64,000 bases of DNA from Candidatus Magasanikiibacteriota bacterium (lineage in GTDB: Bacteria > Patescibacteriota > Patescibacteriia > Magasanikbacterales > UBA922). Made by a program: the position numbers and the translations under genes. The DNA lies in the NCBI GenBank assembly GCA_052034405.1, contig JBPOIO010000004.1:751-64750 (forward strand), read 5' to 3'. Below, one piece after another: positions 26,292-36,547 of this stretch (position 1 is its first letter; every line of letters starts with the position of its first letter). The notes beneath the pieces are model-generated. The model was not told where the DNA came from, ran no database searches, and saw only the letters and a program-made list of their open reading frames with translations.

Positions 26292-27380
26292 TACCAAGCT
26301 CGGTTGCAGGTTATTACTGAGCTGTATGCGGAGCACTAGTTCGTCAAGTCGCATCTTCTCTTCAAGCGCGTCCATCTGTTCTGATGGCACCCCAGTTGCG
26401 CTTCTAAGCTGTGATCGAACCATCGTCTCTAGTTTCTCCGCGTCAGTGCTGAATCGACAGCCCGTTCGATGGCACCGATAATAGCGATAGACTCGTCCAT
26501 TTCTCTTCATGTGTTGTTCGCCGACAAGGAATCCCAAACAATTTGGACAAGTGACCTTTCGAGCGAGTAGGAAGTGCAAGTGCTTCCGAGGCTGCCCGCC
26601 GCTGTGCTTCTGCCGAAAGACTTCCTGGCTTCGGTCGAATATCTCCTTGGTGATCAATGATGGATGAGTACCGGTGTACTCAACACCCACGACGACCATC
26701 TTCCCCATGTAGAATGAGTTGTGGAGGATCGCACAGACCTTTGCTGCACTGACTTTCTTGCCGTGCCGGCTGACGAGGCCAGCACGGTGCAGTTCGTCAG
26801 CAAGCTGAGCGCTTCCGACTTGACCAGTGGCCCAGCGCTCGAAAGCCATCTTTATGAATCTTGCTCGGGCAGGGTCAACGACGACTTTGCCGTGCTCCTT
26901 GAGATACCCAAGAGGAGGAAGTCCACACCATCCTCCACGAAGGAGCTTCTCTTCGATCCCCCTCTTGACTTGTTGCGCCAGGTTGGCGCTGTAGAATTCT
27001 GCTTGTGCTGACATAATACGTTCAATGAATTGACCAACTGGAGTTTCTTCGCAGTTCTCCACGGCCGAAACGATTCGAACACCGTGGCGACGGAGCCGCT
27101 CCTTGATGGTCAGATAAGTAAACATGTCGCGTGCCAGTCGGTCGAGACGGTGAACGAAGAAGATGTTCACGTCGCGACTGCGACACGCAACGTCGAGTCC
27201 AGAGAGAAGGCCTGTTCGTCCACGGAATGATGTGCCACTCGCCACGTCCGTGAACGTCCCCGCAGCAACCCAACCTCGCTCAGAACAAAGTCGTCGAAGC
27301 GTGCGCAGTTGTGCTGGAATTGAAAGATCCTTCTCCCCTTGCTTGCTCGTTGAAACGCGAGCGTAGAGTATGACTGACAT
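26268..27380 (-). CDS. serine recombinase (resolvase/integrase family, 370 aa) of the sub-element
   Basis: It has the YARVSTSKQ catalytic motif, a recombinase domain and a zinc ribbon (CPNC...YRCHRTGC). Confidence 0.85.
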   Translation of the reverse strand: MSVILYARVSTSKQGEKDLSIPAQLRTLRRLCSERGWVAAGTFTDVASGTSFRGRTGLLSGLDVACRSRDVNIFFVHRLDRLARDMFTYLTIKERLRRHGVRIVSAVENCEETPVGQFIERIMSAQAEFYSANLAQQVKRGIEEKLLRGGWCGLPPLGYLKEHGKVVVDPARARFIKMAFERWATGQVGSAQLADELHRAGLVSRHGKKVSAAKVCAILHNSFYMGKMVVVGVEYTGTHPSLITKEIFDRSQEVFRQKHSGGQPRKHLHFLLARKVTCPNCLGFLVGEQHMKRNGRVYRYYRCHRTGCRFSTDAEKLETMVRSQLRSATGVPSEQMDALEEKMRLDELVLRIQLSNNLQPSLVLPADHAN

Positions 27381-27493
27381 ATGATGTTGAGTTAATGACT
27401 ACACTCTTCATCATACACCTTTGATGGTACAGCGTGATGTTCATACTGTCCCGTAGCACCGTGATTCGTTTCTGAACATCCAGTCAACATCTT

Positions 27494-27530
27494 CTCGACC
27501 AGGGTTCTGACTTCTCTTCTCGCGGTGCAC
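27494..27530 (+). repeat. 37-bp direct repeat copy 2 (CTCGACCAGGGTTCTGACTTCTCTTCTCGCGGTGCAC) at the island/host junction
   Basis: It is followed immediately by AT-rich host sequence. GTGCACAC is shared with the tRNA 3' end. Confidence 0.6.
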
Positions 27531-27540
27531 ACATAAAAAA

Positions 27541-27570
27541 AGCTTCCTTTTGGAAAGCTTTTTTTGTTTT
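27541..27570. terminator. symmetric hairpin terminator (aaagcttcc-tttt-ggaaagcttttttt), probably bidirectional
   Basis: Perfect stem flanked by A-run and T-run. It lies immediately downstream of the minus-strand gene ending at 27575. Confidence 0.5.
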
Positions 27571-27574
27571 TCTT

Positions 27575-28075
27575 TTATTGAATCTTCCAGTTCCGTGCGG
27601 CAATATCGGCTGTTGGTTCACTATCTCTTTCCAAATCTTCTGGTAAAAATTCAAGCAGTGCAAAACGCAAATCTACAGGATTTTGATCACTCAAAGGAAC
27701 ACGCATGAGTGGTCGAATAATATTTTTTGTTTCAAAAAAAAGTGTCTTGACTGGAGGTTCATAAATAATATAAAAACCTTCAAGTTCAGAATATGGATAA
27801 AAACGATTTCCAATAATCACGCCAAGGTCTGTAATGGCAAAAGGAATAGTATGTGGTTCTTGGTGTTGTTGTACAAAAAGAATAATGGCAAAGAGCGCAA
27901 TAATCAAAGAAAACAAAAAGTTTCCAGTAAACATTCCGTACGCAATAAACACCAAACCCAGTCCTCCCATAACAAAATACCACAGTCGCCCACGAACCAT
28001 TTTTTCGTATTCTGGAAAAGTCCATTCAAAAAGTGGATTTCCAATCGATGTTTCTTCGGTAATTTGTTGTGGCAT
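27575..28075 (-). CDS. hypothetical membrane protein
   Basis: ATG at 28075 (MPQQITEETS). It has two or three TM helices. No motif. Confidence 0.45.
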   Translation of the reverse strand: MPQQITEETSIGNPLFEWTFPEYEKMVRGRLWYFVMGGLGLVFIAYGMFTGNFLFSLIIALFAIILFVQQHQEPHTIPFAITDLGVIIGNRFYPYSELEGFYIIYEPPVKTLFFETKNIIRPLMRVPLSDQNPVDLRFALLEFLPEDLERDSEPTADIAARNWKIQ

Positions 28076-28160
28076 AAAAAAACAAAGTATTTTTATATAT
28101 GTATAGTATAACAAAGCCCATTGTAAAACACAAGAAAAATCGTTATACTATACAAGCACT

Positions 28161-29630
28161 ATGGAACATCACTATCCAAATTTTTTGGCACCAGAACAAA
28201 ACCAAAAAAATGAAACTCCAAAAAAATCATACAGAACCTTATACTTTTTAGGCTTTCTTCTTTTTTTGGCTCTTGGGGCAATAGCCACACATGCATTTAT
28301 AAGTCCAAAAACTCCTCATTCACAAACAGAACTCCAAACACTCCAAGCAAAAAAACCTACAGGAATACTTGGAAAACTCAAAGAATTTATTTTTCATAAA
28401 GATGCCAAACTCCTCGGCATAAATGAAGACCGCATCAATATTCTCATTTTGGGAGAAGGTGGACCAGGTCACGACGGCCCCTACCTCACAGACACTATTA
28501 TTTTGGGAAGTATAAAACCATCGACCAACCAAGTAGCTATGGTTTCTATTCCACGCGACCTTGTGGTAAATATTCCAGGATACGGTCCACGAAAAATCAA
28601 CAACGCCAATGCCTTTGCCGAAGCAAAAAATCCAGGTACAGGACCAGAAGCAGCCAAACAAGTCATTGAAAATACCTTTGGCATTCAAATACATTATTAC
28701 ACACGCATCGATTTTGCTGCATTTGAAAAACTTATTGATAAAGTAGGTGGCATTACTCTGAGTGTTGACCAAAGTTTCACAGATTACGAATACCCAATCG
28801 AAGGTCGTGAAGATGCACTGCCTATTTCAAGTCGTTACAAAATATTAAAATTTCACTCTGGTCTTCAATACATGGACGGAAAAACAGCTCTCGAATATGC
28901 TCGCTCACGTCACGGTGATAATGGTGAAGGATCCGACTATGCACGTTCAAAGAGGCAACAAAAAGTTTTGCTTGCCCTCAAAGAAAAACTTCTCTCTTTT
29001 GAAACACTCGCAAACCCTGCCACAATCAGCGATATACTTACTATGGTTGATTCACATATTCTCACCAATATGAGTATATCCGACATGATTGCCTTTGGTG
29101 GAATGGCTGGTAGTCTCAATACCAAAGAAATCACCAATCTAACACTCGACGATAGTCCTACAGGGCATCTTCATTCTGGATACGATGCTATTGGAGCTTT
29201 TGTCCTCACACCAAAAACAGGCAACTTTCGTGAAATAAGCAGCGCTATACAAAATATTTTTAATACTTCAACAAGTTCGGGAATCACAAAAACTCTTGAA
29301 ACAGTTAGTCCAACACAAAACACAAGCCAAAACGAAAACACAAATAAAACGGTTGAAATCCACAATGGTACCTGGGCAGCAGGACTTGCAGCACAAGCCA
29401 AAACTCGTCTCATTCAAAAACAATTTAACGTTGGAACTATTGGCAACAGTATCAATCGTCCACAGGCAAAAAGCGCCATCTATATAGTCGGAAACAAAGC
29501 CAACCTTGACGAGGTAAAAAGACTCCATGAAGAGTTCGATATTCCTGTAGAAAAAACCCTTCCAAATGGTGAATTCTATGCGAACACTACAGATATTTTG
29601 CTCATTTTAGGAGAAGATTTTGCCCTCTAA
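28161..29630 (+). CDS. LytR-CpsA-Psr (LCP) family cell-envelope phosphotransferase with LytR_C-like C-terminal domain
   Basis: N-terminal TM segment. LCP core (INILILGEGG...LTDTIILGSIKP...VSIPRDLVVNIPGYG...KINNANAF) and C-terminal VEIHNGTWAAGLAAQ. Confidence 0.8.
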   Translation: MEHHYPNFLAPEQNQKNETPKKSYRTLYFLGFLLFLALGAIATHAFISPKTPHSQTELQTLQAKKPTGILGKLKEFIFHKDAKLLGINEDRINILILGEGGPGHDGPYLTDTIILGSIKPSTNQVAMVSIPRDLVVNIPGYGPRKINNANAFAEAKNPGTGPEAAKQVIENTFGIQIHYYTRIDFAAFEKLIDKVGGITLSVDQSFTDYEYPIEGREDALPISSRYKILKFHSGLQYMDGKTALEYARSRHGDNGEGSDYARSKRQQKVLLALKEKLLSFETLANPATISDILTMVDSHILTNMSISDMIAFGGMAGSLNTKEITNLTLDDSPTGHLHSGYDAIGAFVLTPKTGNFREISSAIQNIFNTSTSSGITKTLETVSPTQNTSQNENTNKTVEIHNGTWAAGLAAQAKTRLIQKQFNVGTIGNSINRPQAKSAIYIVGNKANLDEVKRLHEEFDIPVEKTLPNGEFYANTTDILLILGEDFAL

Positions 29631-29690
29631 CTTGAATTTTTTCAAGTTCTATGCTAGATTTAAAGAAAAATAATCACTTTTTCTCTTTTT

Positions 29691-31091
29691 ATGGCTACTC
29701 CAGCAAGTATTGATATTGACAAATTGCCTACCCTCGCCATTGTTGGACGAGTCAATGTTGGTAAATCCACACTCTTCAACCGTCTTGTCGAAAAAAACCA
29801 AGCAATCGTAAGTGACATCGCAGGAACCACCCGCACGAATAATGAAGGTGTTGTTTTATGGCGTGGAAAATTTTTCCACATTATTGACACAGGAGGACTC
29901 ACTTTTGAAAACGAAGTAGAATTTGAAAAAGATATCATGACCCAAGTAGAACGTGCGGTCCAGCATGCGGATATGATTGTTTTTGTGACAGATGCACAAA
30001 TAGGCATTTTACCCCAAGAAAAAGAATTGGCACGAAAACTTCGACGTATCACCCAAAAACCAGTTATGCTGGTTGCCAACAAAGTTGATACCACCAGAAT
30101 TGAATCTCAAATTCATAGTCCAGAATGGAGTAAACTCGGTCTTGGCGAACCCTATCCAGTATCGGCTGTCAATGGTCGCAATGTTGGAGACTTTCTTGAT
30201 CTTGTTTTCAAAACACTCAAAAAACTTTCAAAGAATCCAAAAGTAGTAAAAGATCCAAAAGACGAACCTATACGCGTAAGTATTTTTGGAAAACCAAATG
30301 TTGGAAAATCTTCACTTTTCAATAAACTTATTGGAGATGAAAAAGTAATAGTTAGTCCTATTGCACACACCACGCGCGAACCACACGATACACTCATGAC
30401 CTATGAATACGAAGAAAATGGTAAACTCCGAAAACAAAAAATAAATTTTATTGATACAGCCGGAATCCGCCGTAAAGCACAAGTAAATGGAGAACTTGAA
30501 CGCGCTGGTATTAGCAAAAGTCTCGACACTTTTACCACTTCGGATATCATTCTTTTTGTACTCGACGGATCAGAGCCAATTAGTCACCAAGATATGCAAC
30601 TTGGAGGACTTATGGAACGCCATTCAAAAAGTGTCATTGTTATTTTGAACAAATGGGATCTTGCAGAAGACAACAGTGATGAAAAACGCAATCAAGTAAA
30701 AAAAATGATAGCGTCTCATTTTCCACATATTGATTTTGCGCCAATTATCCTTACAAGTGGTCTTACTGGATACCGTGTACACCAAATTTTTCCAACCATT
30801 ATCGAAACATGGAAAGCACGTCACACTCGTATTGAAGCCGATGTCCTTGGAAACTTCATCCAAAAAATCAAACGTGAACACCGACCATCTCGTGGAAAAG
30901 GGACACGCCATCCAGATATTATGGGATTTCGTCAACTTGATACCAACCCACCAATATTTGAAATGCTTATCAAATATGGTACATCAATTCATATTTCATA
31001 CGTAAAATATATAGAAAATCGTTTGCGTGAAGAATTTAACTTTTTTGGTACACCTATTGTTATCAAACTCACAAAAATGAAACGTAAATAA
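29691..31091 (+). CDS. der: ribosome-associated GTPase Der (EngA)
   Basis: Tandem GTPase domains (GRVNVGKSTLFNRL, DTGG; GKPNVGKSSLFNKL, DTAG) and a KH-like C-terminal domain. Confidence 0.9.
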   Translation: MATPASIDIDKLPTLAIVGRVNVGKSTLFNRLVEKNQAIVSDIAGTTRTNNEGVVLWRGKFFHIIDTGGLTFENEVEFEKDIMTQVERAVQHADMIVFVTDAQIGILPQEKELARKLRRITQKPVMLVANKVDTTRIESQIHSPEWSKLGLGEPYPVSAVNGRNVGDFLDLVFKTLKKLSKNPKVVKDPKDEPIRVSIFGKPNVGKSSLFNKLIGDEKVIVSPIAHTTREPHDTLMTYEYEENGKLRKQKINFIDTAGIRRKAQVNGELERAGISKSLDTFTTSDIILFVLDGSEPISHQDMQLGGLMERHSKSVIVILNKWDLAEDNSDEKRNQVKKMIASHFPHIDFAPIILTSGLTGYRVHQIFPTIIETWKARHTRIEADVLGNFIQKIKREHRPSRGKGTRHPDIMGFRQLDTNPPIFEMLIKYGTSIHISYVKYIENRLREEFNFFGTPIVIKLTKMKRK

Positions 31092-31132
31092 TGTTTTATA
31101 TCCTAACGGCTATATAATCTTCGCTCGCTCCT

Positions 31133-31675
31133 ATGAAACTCATAATTGGTCTCGGAAATCCTGGGAAAAAATATGAGAAAACCCGACACAATGTTGGGTT
31201 TTTGGTACTTGATGCACTTCATGAAAAACTTGCAAAAGAACAAATGTCCCCATGGGAACACAGCCGAAAATTTCGATCCGAAATAGCTGGAGCAACTCTC
31301 AATAACGAAAAAATTATTTTGGTAAAACCCCAGACATTCATGAATGAATCTGGAGTTGCGGTCCAACAAATTGCCAGTTTTTATAAACTCACCTCAAAAG
31401 ATATTATCGTAGTACACGACGATAAAGATATTCCCCTTGGAGAAATAAAAGTTCAACAAGATCGAGGGAGTGCTGGACATAATGGTATTAAATCAATTAT
31501 AGAACATATCGGAACTCAAAATTTTTTTCGTATTCGTGTTGGAGTTGCCAGTGACAATGCAAAACAAATGGAAAATATTGCTGATTTTGTCCTCTCCAAA
31601 TTTGGACTATTTGAAAAAGGAAAACTCAAACTCAAAATACAACACGCAGTTGATGAAATTCTCAAACTTCTATGA
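31133..31675 (+). CDS. pth: peptidyl-tRNA hydrolase
   Basis: MKLIIGLGNPGKKYEKTRHNVGF, VVHDD and GHNG motifs. Confidence 0.9.
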   Translation: MKLIIGLGNPGKKYEKTRHNVGFLVLDALHEKLAKEQMSPWEHSRKFRSEIAGATLNNEKIILVKPQTFMNESGVAVQQIASFYKLTSKDIIVVHDDKDIPLGEIKVQQDRGSAGHNGIKSIIEHIGTQNFFRIRVGVASDNAKQMENIADFVLSKFGLFEKGKLKLKIQHAVDEILKLL

Positions 31676-32748
31676 GAAAAGAAATCCTCATCTCCTATTT
31701 TCCAAAAATTACTTTTACACGCTATCAATCACTGATACGAAAATTTCATAATCTTGACTCTGCATGGAAGGCAGAGTTTTCTGATTTTGGAGAATCTACT
31801 TGGGAAGAAAATATTATTCATGAATTTTTGTTATGGAAAGAAAAAGTAGACGAAGAAGCGCTTGAAAAAACTTTGGAAAAAGAAAACATACAGCCCGTAT
31901 TTTTTACAGACAAAAACTATCCCCCACTCCTACGCGAAATTCATGATCCACCACTGTGTTTGTTTATTCGTGGAAATATAGAAAATATTTCATATCCAAT
32001 TGCCATTGTTGGTACAAGAAAGTCTACATCCTATGGACGCCAAGTAAGTGAAGAAATTATCAAAGATCTTGTTTCCTGCAATATGACCATTGTGAGTGGT
32101 CTTGCTCTTGGTATTGACGGTATTTGCCATGAAGCAACACTCAAAGAGCATGGCAGAACTATTGCGGTACTTGGCTCTGGCGTAGATAAAAATACTATTT
32201 ATCCATCACTACACAAGCATCTTGCAGAAAAGATTATTGCGTCAGGTGGAGCCGTCATTTCTGAATACCCGCCCTACAGCAAAGCAAGCATCTATTCATT
32301 CCCCCGTCGTAATCGCATCATCGCAGCCATGACAATGGGAACACTTGTTATTGAAGCCCAAGAATCTTCGGGGTCACTTATCACCGCACAATGTGCTCTT
32401 GAATATAATCGTGAAGTTTTTGCGATTCCACAAAATATTCATTCACCTACTGCAGCAGGTCCAAACAATATTATAAAAATGGGAGCACGCCCAGTCACAG
32501 AATCACAAGATATTTTAAATATTTTCAACTTACAAAAACCAACCCTCCTTGAAAGCGAAAAACAAATAGGAAATACCCCCGAAGAAACACTTATTTTACA
32601 AACACTTTCAAGAGAACCGACGCACATTGATGCTATAATAAAAAACACACATATGAGTAGCTCCTCTGTACTTGGAACCTTGACAATTTTGGAAATCAAA
32701 GGTAAGGTGCGAAATCTTGGCAGCCAAAATTATATCCTCAATATATGA
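31672..32748 (+). CDS. dprA: DNA-processing protein DprA (Smf)
   Basis: Rossmann-like core IAIVGTRKSTSYG, GLALGIDGICH and GTLVIEA. Its start overlaps the pth stop by 4 nt. Confidence 0.85.
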   Translation: MRKEILISYFPKITFTRYQSLIRKFHNLDSAWKAEFSDFGESTWEENIIHEFLLWKEKVDEEALEKTLEKENIQPVFFTDKNYPPLLREIHDPPLCLFIRGNIENISYPIAIVGTRKSTSYGRQVSEEIIKDLVSCNMTIVSGLALGIDGICHEATLKEHGRTIAVLGSGVDKNTIYPSLHKHLAEKIIASGGAVISEYPPYSKASIYSFPRRNRIIAAMTMGTLVIEAQESSGSLITAQCALEYNREVFAIPQNIHSPTAAGPNNIIKMGARPVTESQDILNIFNLQKPTLLESEKQIGNTPEETLILQTLSREPTHIDAIIKNTHMSSSSVLGTLTILEIKGKVRNLGSQNYILNI

Positions 32749-34025
32749 CATACTCTGAGGCAGAACAATATATTCTCTCTTTTTCCAACCTTCCACGGAC
32801 AGAATACATGCAAAATCCAAAAGATTGTGTACAATATCTCAAACGTGTACAATTTTTTCTTGACCGTATCAAAAATCCAGAACGTAAAATTCCACACTTT
32901 ATCCATGTAACTGGTACCAGTGGAAAAGGTTCTGTCTGTGCATTTTTACAATCCATACTTGTGACACATCACAAAAAAACAGGACTTTTTGTATCTCCTC
33001 ATCCAACGGATCTCTGTGAACGATGGCAGATCAATAATCGTCAAATGACAAAAAGAGAATTTATAAAAATAATAGAAAAACTCAAACCTATTTTTGACCT
33101 TTACGCAAAGACGAGCACCTACGACATGCTTTCTTTTTTTGATATTACAACAATTATAGGGCTTGTGTATTTTGCAGAACATAAAGTTGAATGGGCTGTT
33201 ATCGAAGTAGGCTGTGGTGGACGATATGACTCAACAAATATTTTACCCTGGAAAGACATCGCTATCATTACAAATATTGGACTTGATCACACACAGATTC
33301 TTGGAGAAACAAAAGAAAAAATTGCATACGAAAAATCTGGCATCATACAAAAAGATTGTACTGTGTTTACCATGGAAGCCGAAAAGAAAGTTTTAAAAAT
33401 TATACAAACAGAGTGTACACAAAAAAATGTTGTTTTACATGTTGTAAAAAATAAACAAAACAATACACAAAAATTACAAGAAAAATGGAATATTGTGGGA
33501 GCCCACCAAGTACAAAATGCACTTTTTTGTAAAGAAGTTGCAGGCTTTCTCCAAATTCCTGAATCTATAATCGAACAAGGTATAAAAAATACCAAACAAC
33601 CACTTCGCATGCAAATAGTTTCCAAAAAACCATATATCATTCTTGATGGCGCACATAATAAAGATAAAATTCAAACAAGCGTGGCAAGTACAAAAGAACT
33701 CCAAAAAAATAAAAAACGAAAAAATATTCATATCATTGTGGGATTTTCTGCAGATAAAAATTTTGAACAAATGATCAAACAACTTTCTACCCTCCAAGCT
33801 TCGAGCATTGCATGTACTCGTAATACTATTAATCCTTTTAAAAAAGTTGCAAATCCTGTAGATATTGCAGCTCTCTTCAAAAAACAAAACCCAAAAGCAA
33901 AGATACAAATATTTCTTGATCCACAACAAGCCTTTGCCTGGAGCAAAAAACAGTGCCAAAGCAAAGATATAATTCTCTCAACTGGCTCCATATTTTTAAG
34001 TGGTGAACTCCGCAAAACTTTTTGA
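32745..34025 (+). CDS. Mur-ligase-family folylpolyglutamate synthase-like protein
   Basis: P-loop HVTGTSGKGS and central Mur ligase motifs (ITNIGLDH). The length and architecture are those of FolC. Confidence 0.7.
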   Translation: MTYSEAEQYILSFSNLPRTEYMQNPKDCVQYLKRVQFFLDRIKNPERKIPHFIHVTGTSGKGSVCAFLQSILVTHHKKTGLFVSPHPTDLCERWQINNRQMTKREFIKIIEKLKPIFDLYAKTSTYDMLSFFDITTIIGLVYFAEHKVEWAVIEVGCGGRYDSTNILPWKDIAIITNIGLDHTQILGETKEKIAYEKSGIIQKDCTVFTMEAEKKVLKIIQTECTQKNVVLHVVKNKQNNTQKLQEKWNIVGAHQVQNALFCKEVAGFLQIPESIIEQGIKNTKQPLRMQIVSKKPYIILDGAHNKDKIQTSVASTKELQKNKKRKNIHIIVGFSADKNFEQMIKQLSTLQASSIACTRNTINPFKKVANPVDIAALFKKQNPKAKIQIFLDPQQAFAWSKKQCQSKDIILSTGSIFLSGELRKTF

Positions 34026-34093
34026 GCCGATTGACAGAATGGCAAAACTCGACTACTATGAGTAGTACCTTATAGCAAAAACTCCCTTATTTT

Positions 34094-36508
34094 ATGCCAA
34101 AAACACTCGTTATTGTAGAGTCTCCTACAAAAGCAAAAACCATTTCAAGATTCCTTGGATCACAATATATTGTTGAATCTTCTTTTGGTCATGTACGCGA
34201 TTTACCAAAAAGCAAAATGGGAATTGACCTCGAACACGGAACTTTTGAACCTCAATATACGGTCTCACGCGACAAAGCAGCTCATGTCAAAAAGCTCAAA
34301 GAACTTGCAGCAAAAGCAGATGATATTATATTCGCAACCGATGAAGACCGCGAAGGAGAAGCTATCTCCTGGCATTTGGCACATATATTTGATGTAGATC
34401 CTGCAAAAGCAAAACGCATCGTATTTCACGAAATTACAGAACATGCTATTACAGAAGCGATAAAAAATCCAAGACATATTGACCAAAGACTTGTCGATGC
34501 ACAACAAGCACGCCGTATTCTTGATCGTATCGTTGGATATGAACTCTCACCATTTCTCTGGAAAAAAGTAGCACGAGGGCTTTCGGCAGGACGAGTACAG
34601 TCCGTAGCAGTACGTCTCATTGTAGAACGCGAACGAGAAATTCAAGCTTTCAAACCCGAAGAATATTGGACTCTCGGCGGAATTTTTACAGAACCAAAAC
34701 AACAAGGTGAAATTCGTGCAGAACTCAATGCTATTGATGATAAAAAACTCGATAAATTTGATTTGAATACAAAAGACAAAATTGATCAAGTATTAAAACA
34801 TCTCGAAAATACAAAATATACAATCACAAATATTGAAAAAAAATCTGCCAAGCGCACACCTCCTGCACCATTTACCACCTCTACACTTCAGCAGGTTTCA
34901 AACCAAAAACTCAAATATTCGAGTAAACAAACCATGCGTTTGGCACAGCAACTTTATGAAGGTATTGCACTTGGAACTGGTGGCCAAGTTGGTCTCATTA
35001 CCTACATGCGTACTGACTCAAATTTTCTCTCTGAGAAATTTTTGGACGAAACAAAAAGTTTTGTAAAATCTCAGTATGGTGCGAAGTTTTCTCTTGAATC
35101 TTCACGCGTTTTCAAAACAAAATCAAAAGGCGCACAAGAAGCCCACGAAGCAATTCGTCCAACGGATCCGACACGAACCCCCGAATCTATTGCTGCATAC
35201 CTTACACCACAACAACTCAAACTCTATGCACTCATTTGGAAGCGTGCAGTAGCAACACAAATGGCCGATGCAATGCTTGATCGCACAGCAATTGATATCA
35301 CATCAAATTCATCTCCAAGCTACAACTTTCGCGCCAATGGACAAACTGTTGTATTTCCAGGATGGCTTACACTCTATCCAGAATTTCAAAAAGAAGAAGT
35401 CCTCCCAAATGTTCAAGAAAAAGATCTGGTCAACTGCAACTCACTCACTCCAGAGCAACACTTCACAGAGCCACCTGCTCGCTACAGTGATGCGACACTC
35501 GTCAAAGTGATGGAAGAATACGGCATTGGTCGTCCTTCAACTTATGCACCAACCATTGGTACTATTGAAGCACGCCAATATGTAGAGCGTGATGACAACA
35601 AACGCCTCAAACCAACAGATGTTGCATTTTTGGTCAATGCACTTTTGGTTGATCATTTTCAAAATATTGTAGACTATGGTTTCACAGCACAAATGGAAGA
35701 AAACCTCGATGAAATTGCAGAAGGAACCAAAGATTGGAAACCAATTATCGCAACATTCTACGAACCATTTCACGAAAATATTTTGAACAAAACAGAAGAA
35801 CTCGAAAAAGCAACCCTCACAGGTGCACGAGACCTTGGAATTGATCCTACAAATGGCAAGCCAATTTCTGTTCGTCTTGGCCGTTTTGGACCCTTTGTAC
35901 AAAAAGGAACAAAAGAAGACGAAGAAAAACCTCTATTTGCATCTCTCAAAAAAACACAATCCATGGAAACGATCACACTCGAAGACGCGCTTGAACTCTT
36001 CAAACTTCCTCGCGATTTGGGTGAAACAACAGATGGTGAAAAAATGATTGTACAAATTGGACGCTTTGGACCCTATATCAAAGTTGGTCCAAAATATTAT
36101 AGTCTCAAAGTAGATGATCCATATACAGTAACCCATGTTCGTGGACTTGAAATAATTCAAGAAGCTGCCGACAAAGAAGCCGCTGCGCTCATCAAATCAT
36201 TTCCAGAGAGTGACATTGTAGTGAAAATTGGTCGCTATGGACCCTACATCACTGACGGAAAGAAAAATGCCAAAATACCAAAAGGAGTAGAAGCAAAAGA
36301 TCTTGATTTTGAAACAGTCAAAAAACTCATTGATGAAGCCCCAGAAAAACGAGGCGGCTGGGGACGAAAGAAAAAAACTGATTCAAAAGATGACGAAGGT
36401 TCTGAAAAAGAAACTCCAAAAAAACCAAAGAAAAAAACAACTCGCAAAAAATCTACAAAAAAGAAAAGCACAAATTCAGGCAAAGCAACAAAAATCCAAG
36501 TTGTCTAA
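34094..36508 (+). CDS. topA: DNA topoisomerase I
   Basis: Toprim domain (LVIVESPTKAKTI). The Tyr domain contains ITYMRTDS. C-terminal repeats carry GRFGPF/GRYGPY motifs, followed by a lysine-rich tail. Confidence 0.92.
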   Translation: MPKTLVIVESPTKAKTISRFLGSQYIVESSFGHVRDLPKSKMGIDLEHGTFEPQYTVSRDKAAHVKKLKELAAKADDIIFATDEDREGEAISWHLAHIFDVDPAKAKRIVFHEITEHAITEAIKNPRHIDQRLVDAQQARRILDRIVGYELSPFLWKKVARGLSAGRVQSVAVRLIVEREREIQAFKPEEYWTLGGIFTEPKQQGEIRAELNAIDDKKLDKFDLNTKDKIDQVLKHLENTKYTITNIEKKSAKRTPPAPFTTSTLQQVSNQKLKYSSKQTMRLAQQLYEGIALGTGGQVGLITYMRTDSNFLSEKFLDETKSFVKSQYGAKFSLESSRVFKTKSKGAQEAHEAIRPTDPTRTPESIAAYLTPQQLKLYALIWKRAVATQMADAMLDRTAIDITSNSSPSYNFRANGQTVVFPGWLTLYPEFQKEEVLPNVQEKDLVNCNSLTPEQHFTEPPARYSDATLVKVMEEYGIGRPSTYAPTIGTIEARQYVERDDNKRLKPTDVAFLVNALLVDHFQNIVDYGFTAQMEENLDEIAEGTKDWKPIIATFYEPFHENILNKTEELEKATLTGARDLGIDPTNGKPISVRLGRFGPFVQKGTKEDEEKPLFASLKKTQSMETITLEDALELFKLPRDLGETTDGEKMIVQIGRFGPYIKVGPKYYSLKVDDPYTVTHVRGLEIIQEAADKEAAALIKSFPESDIVVKIGRYGPYITDGKKNAKIPKGVEAKDLDFETVKKLIDEAPEKRGGWGRKKKTDSKDDEGSEKETPKKPKKKTTRKKSTKKKSTNSGKATKIQVV

Positions 36509-36547
36509 AACAAAAAAAGAACCCCGACTCAATCGGGATTCTTTTTT

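Larger units (their letters stand above)
13185..27530. mobile_element. GC-rich integrative (mobilizable) island at tRNA-Arg, about 14.4 kb, composite of a 12-kb element plus a 2.2-kb sub-element
   Basis: There is an abrupt GC shift at the tRNA 3' end and at 27530. Serine recombinases sit at both ends and the cargo is transfer/partition genes. 37-bp direct repeats lie at 25261 and 27494. The core GTGCACAC is shared by the tRNA 3' end and both repeats. Confidence 0.7.

Noticed and set aside
8880-27530. The possibility that the island extends from 8880 to 27530 as one element
   Set aside because: guaB and recG (9479–13055) lie between and have host-like AT-rich composition and codon usage. The 8880–9430 GC-rich patch is treated as a separate small cassette.
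33474-34045. Minus-strand ORFs inside folC (161 and 105 aa)
   Set aside because: They are antisense to a well-supported Mur-ligase gene and have a composition artefact.
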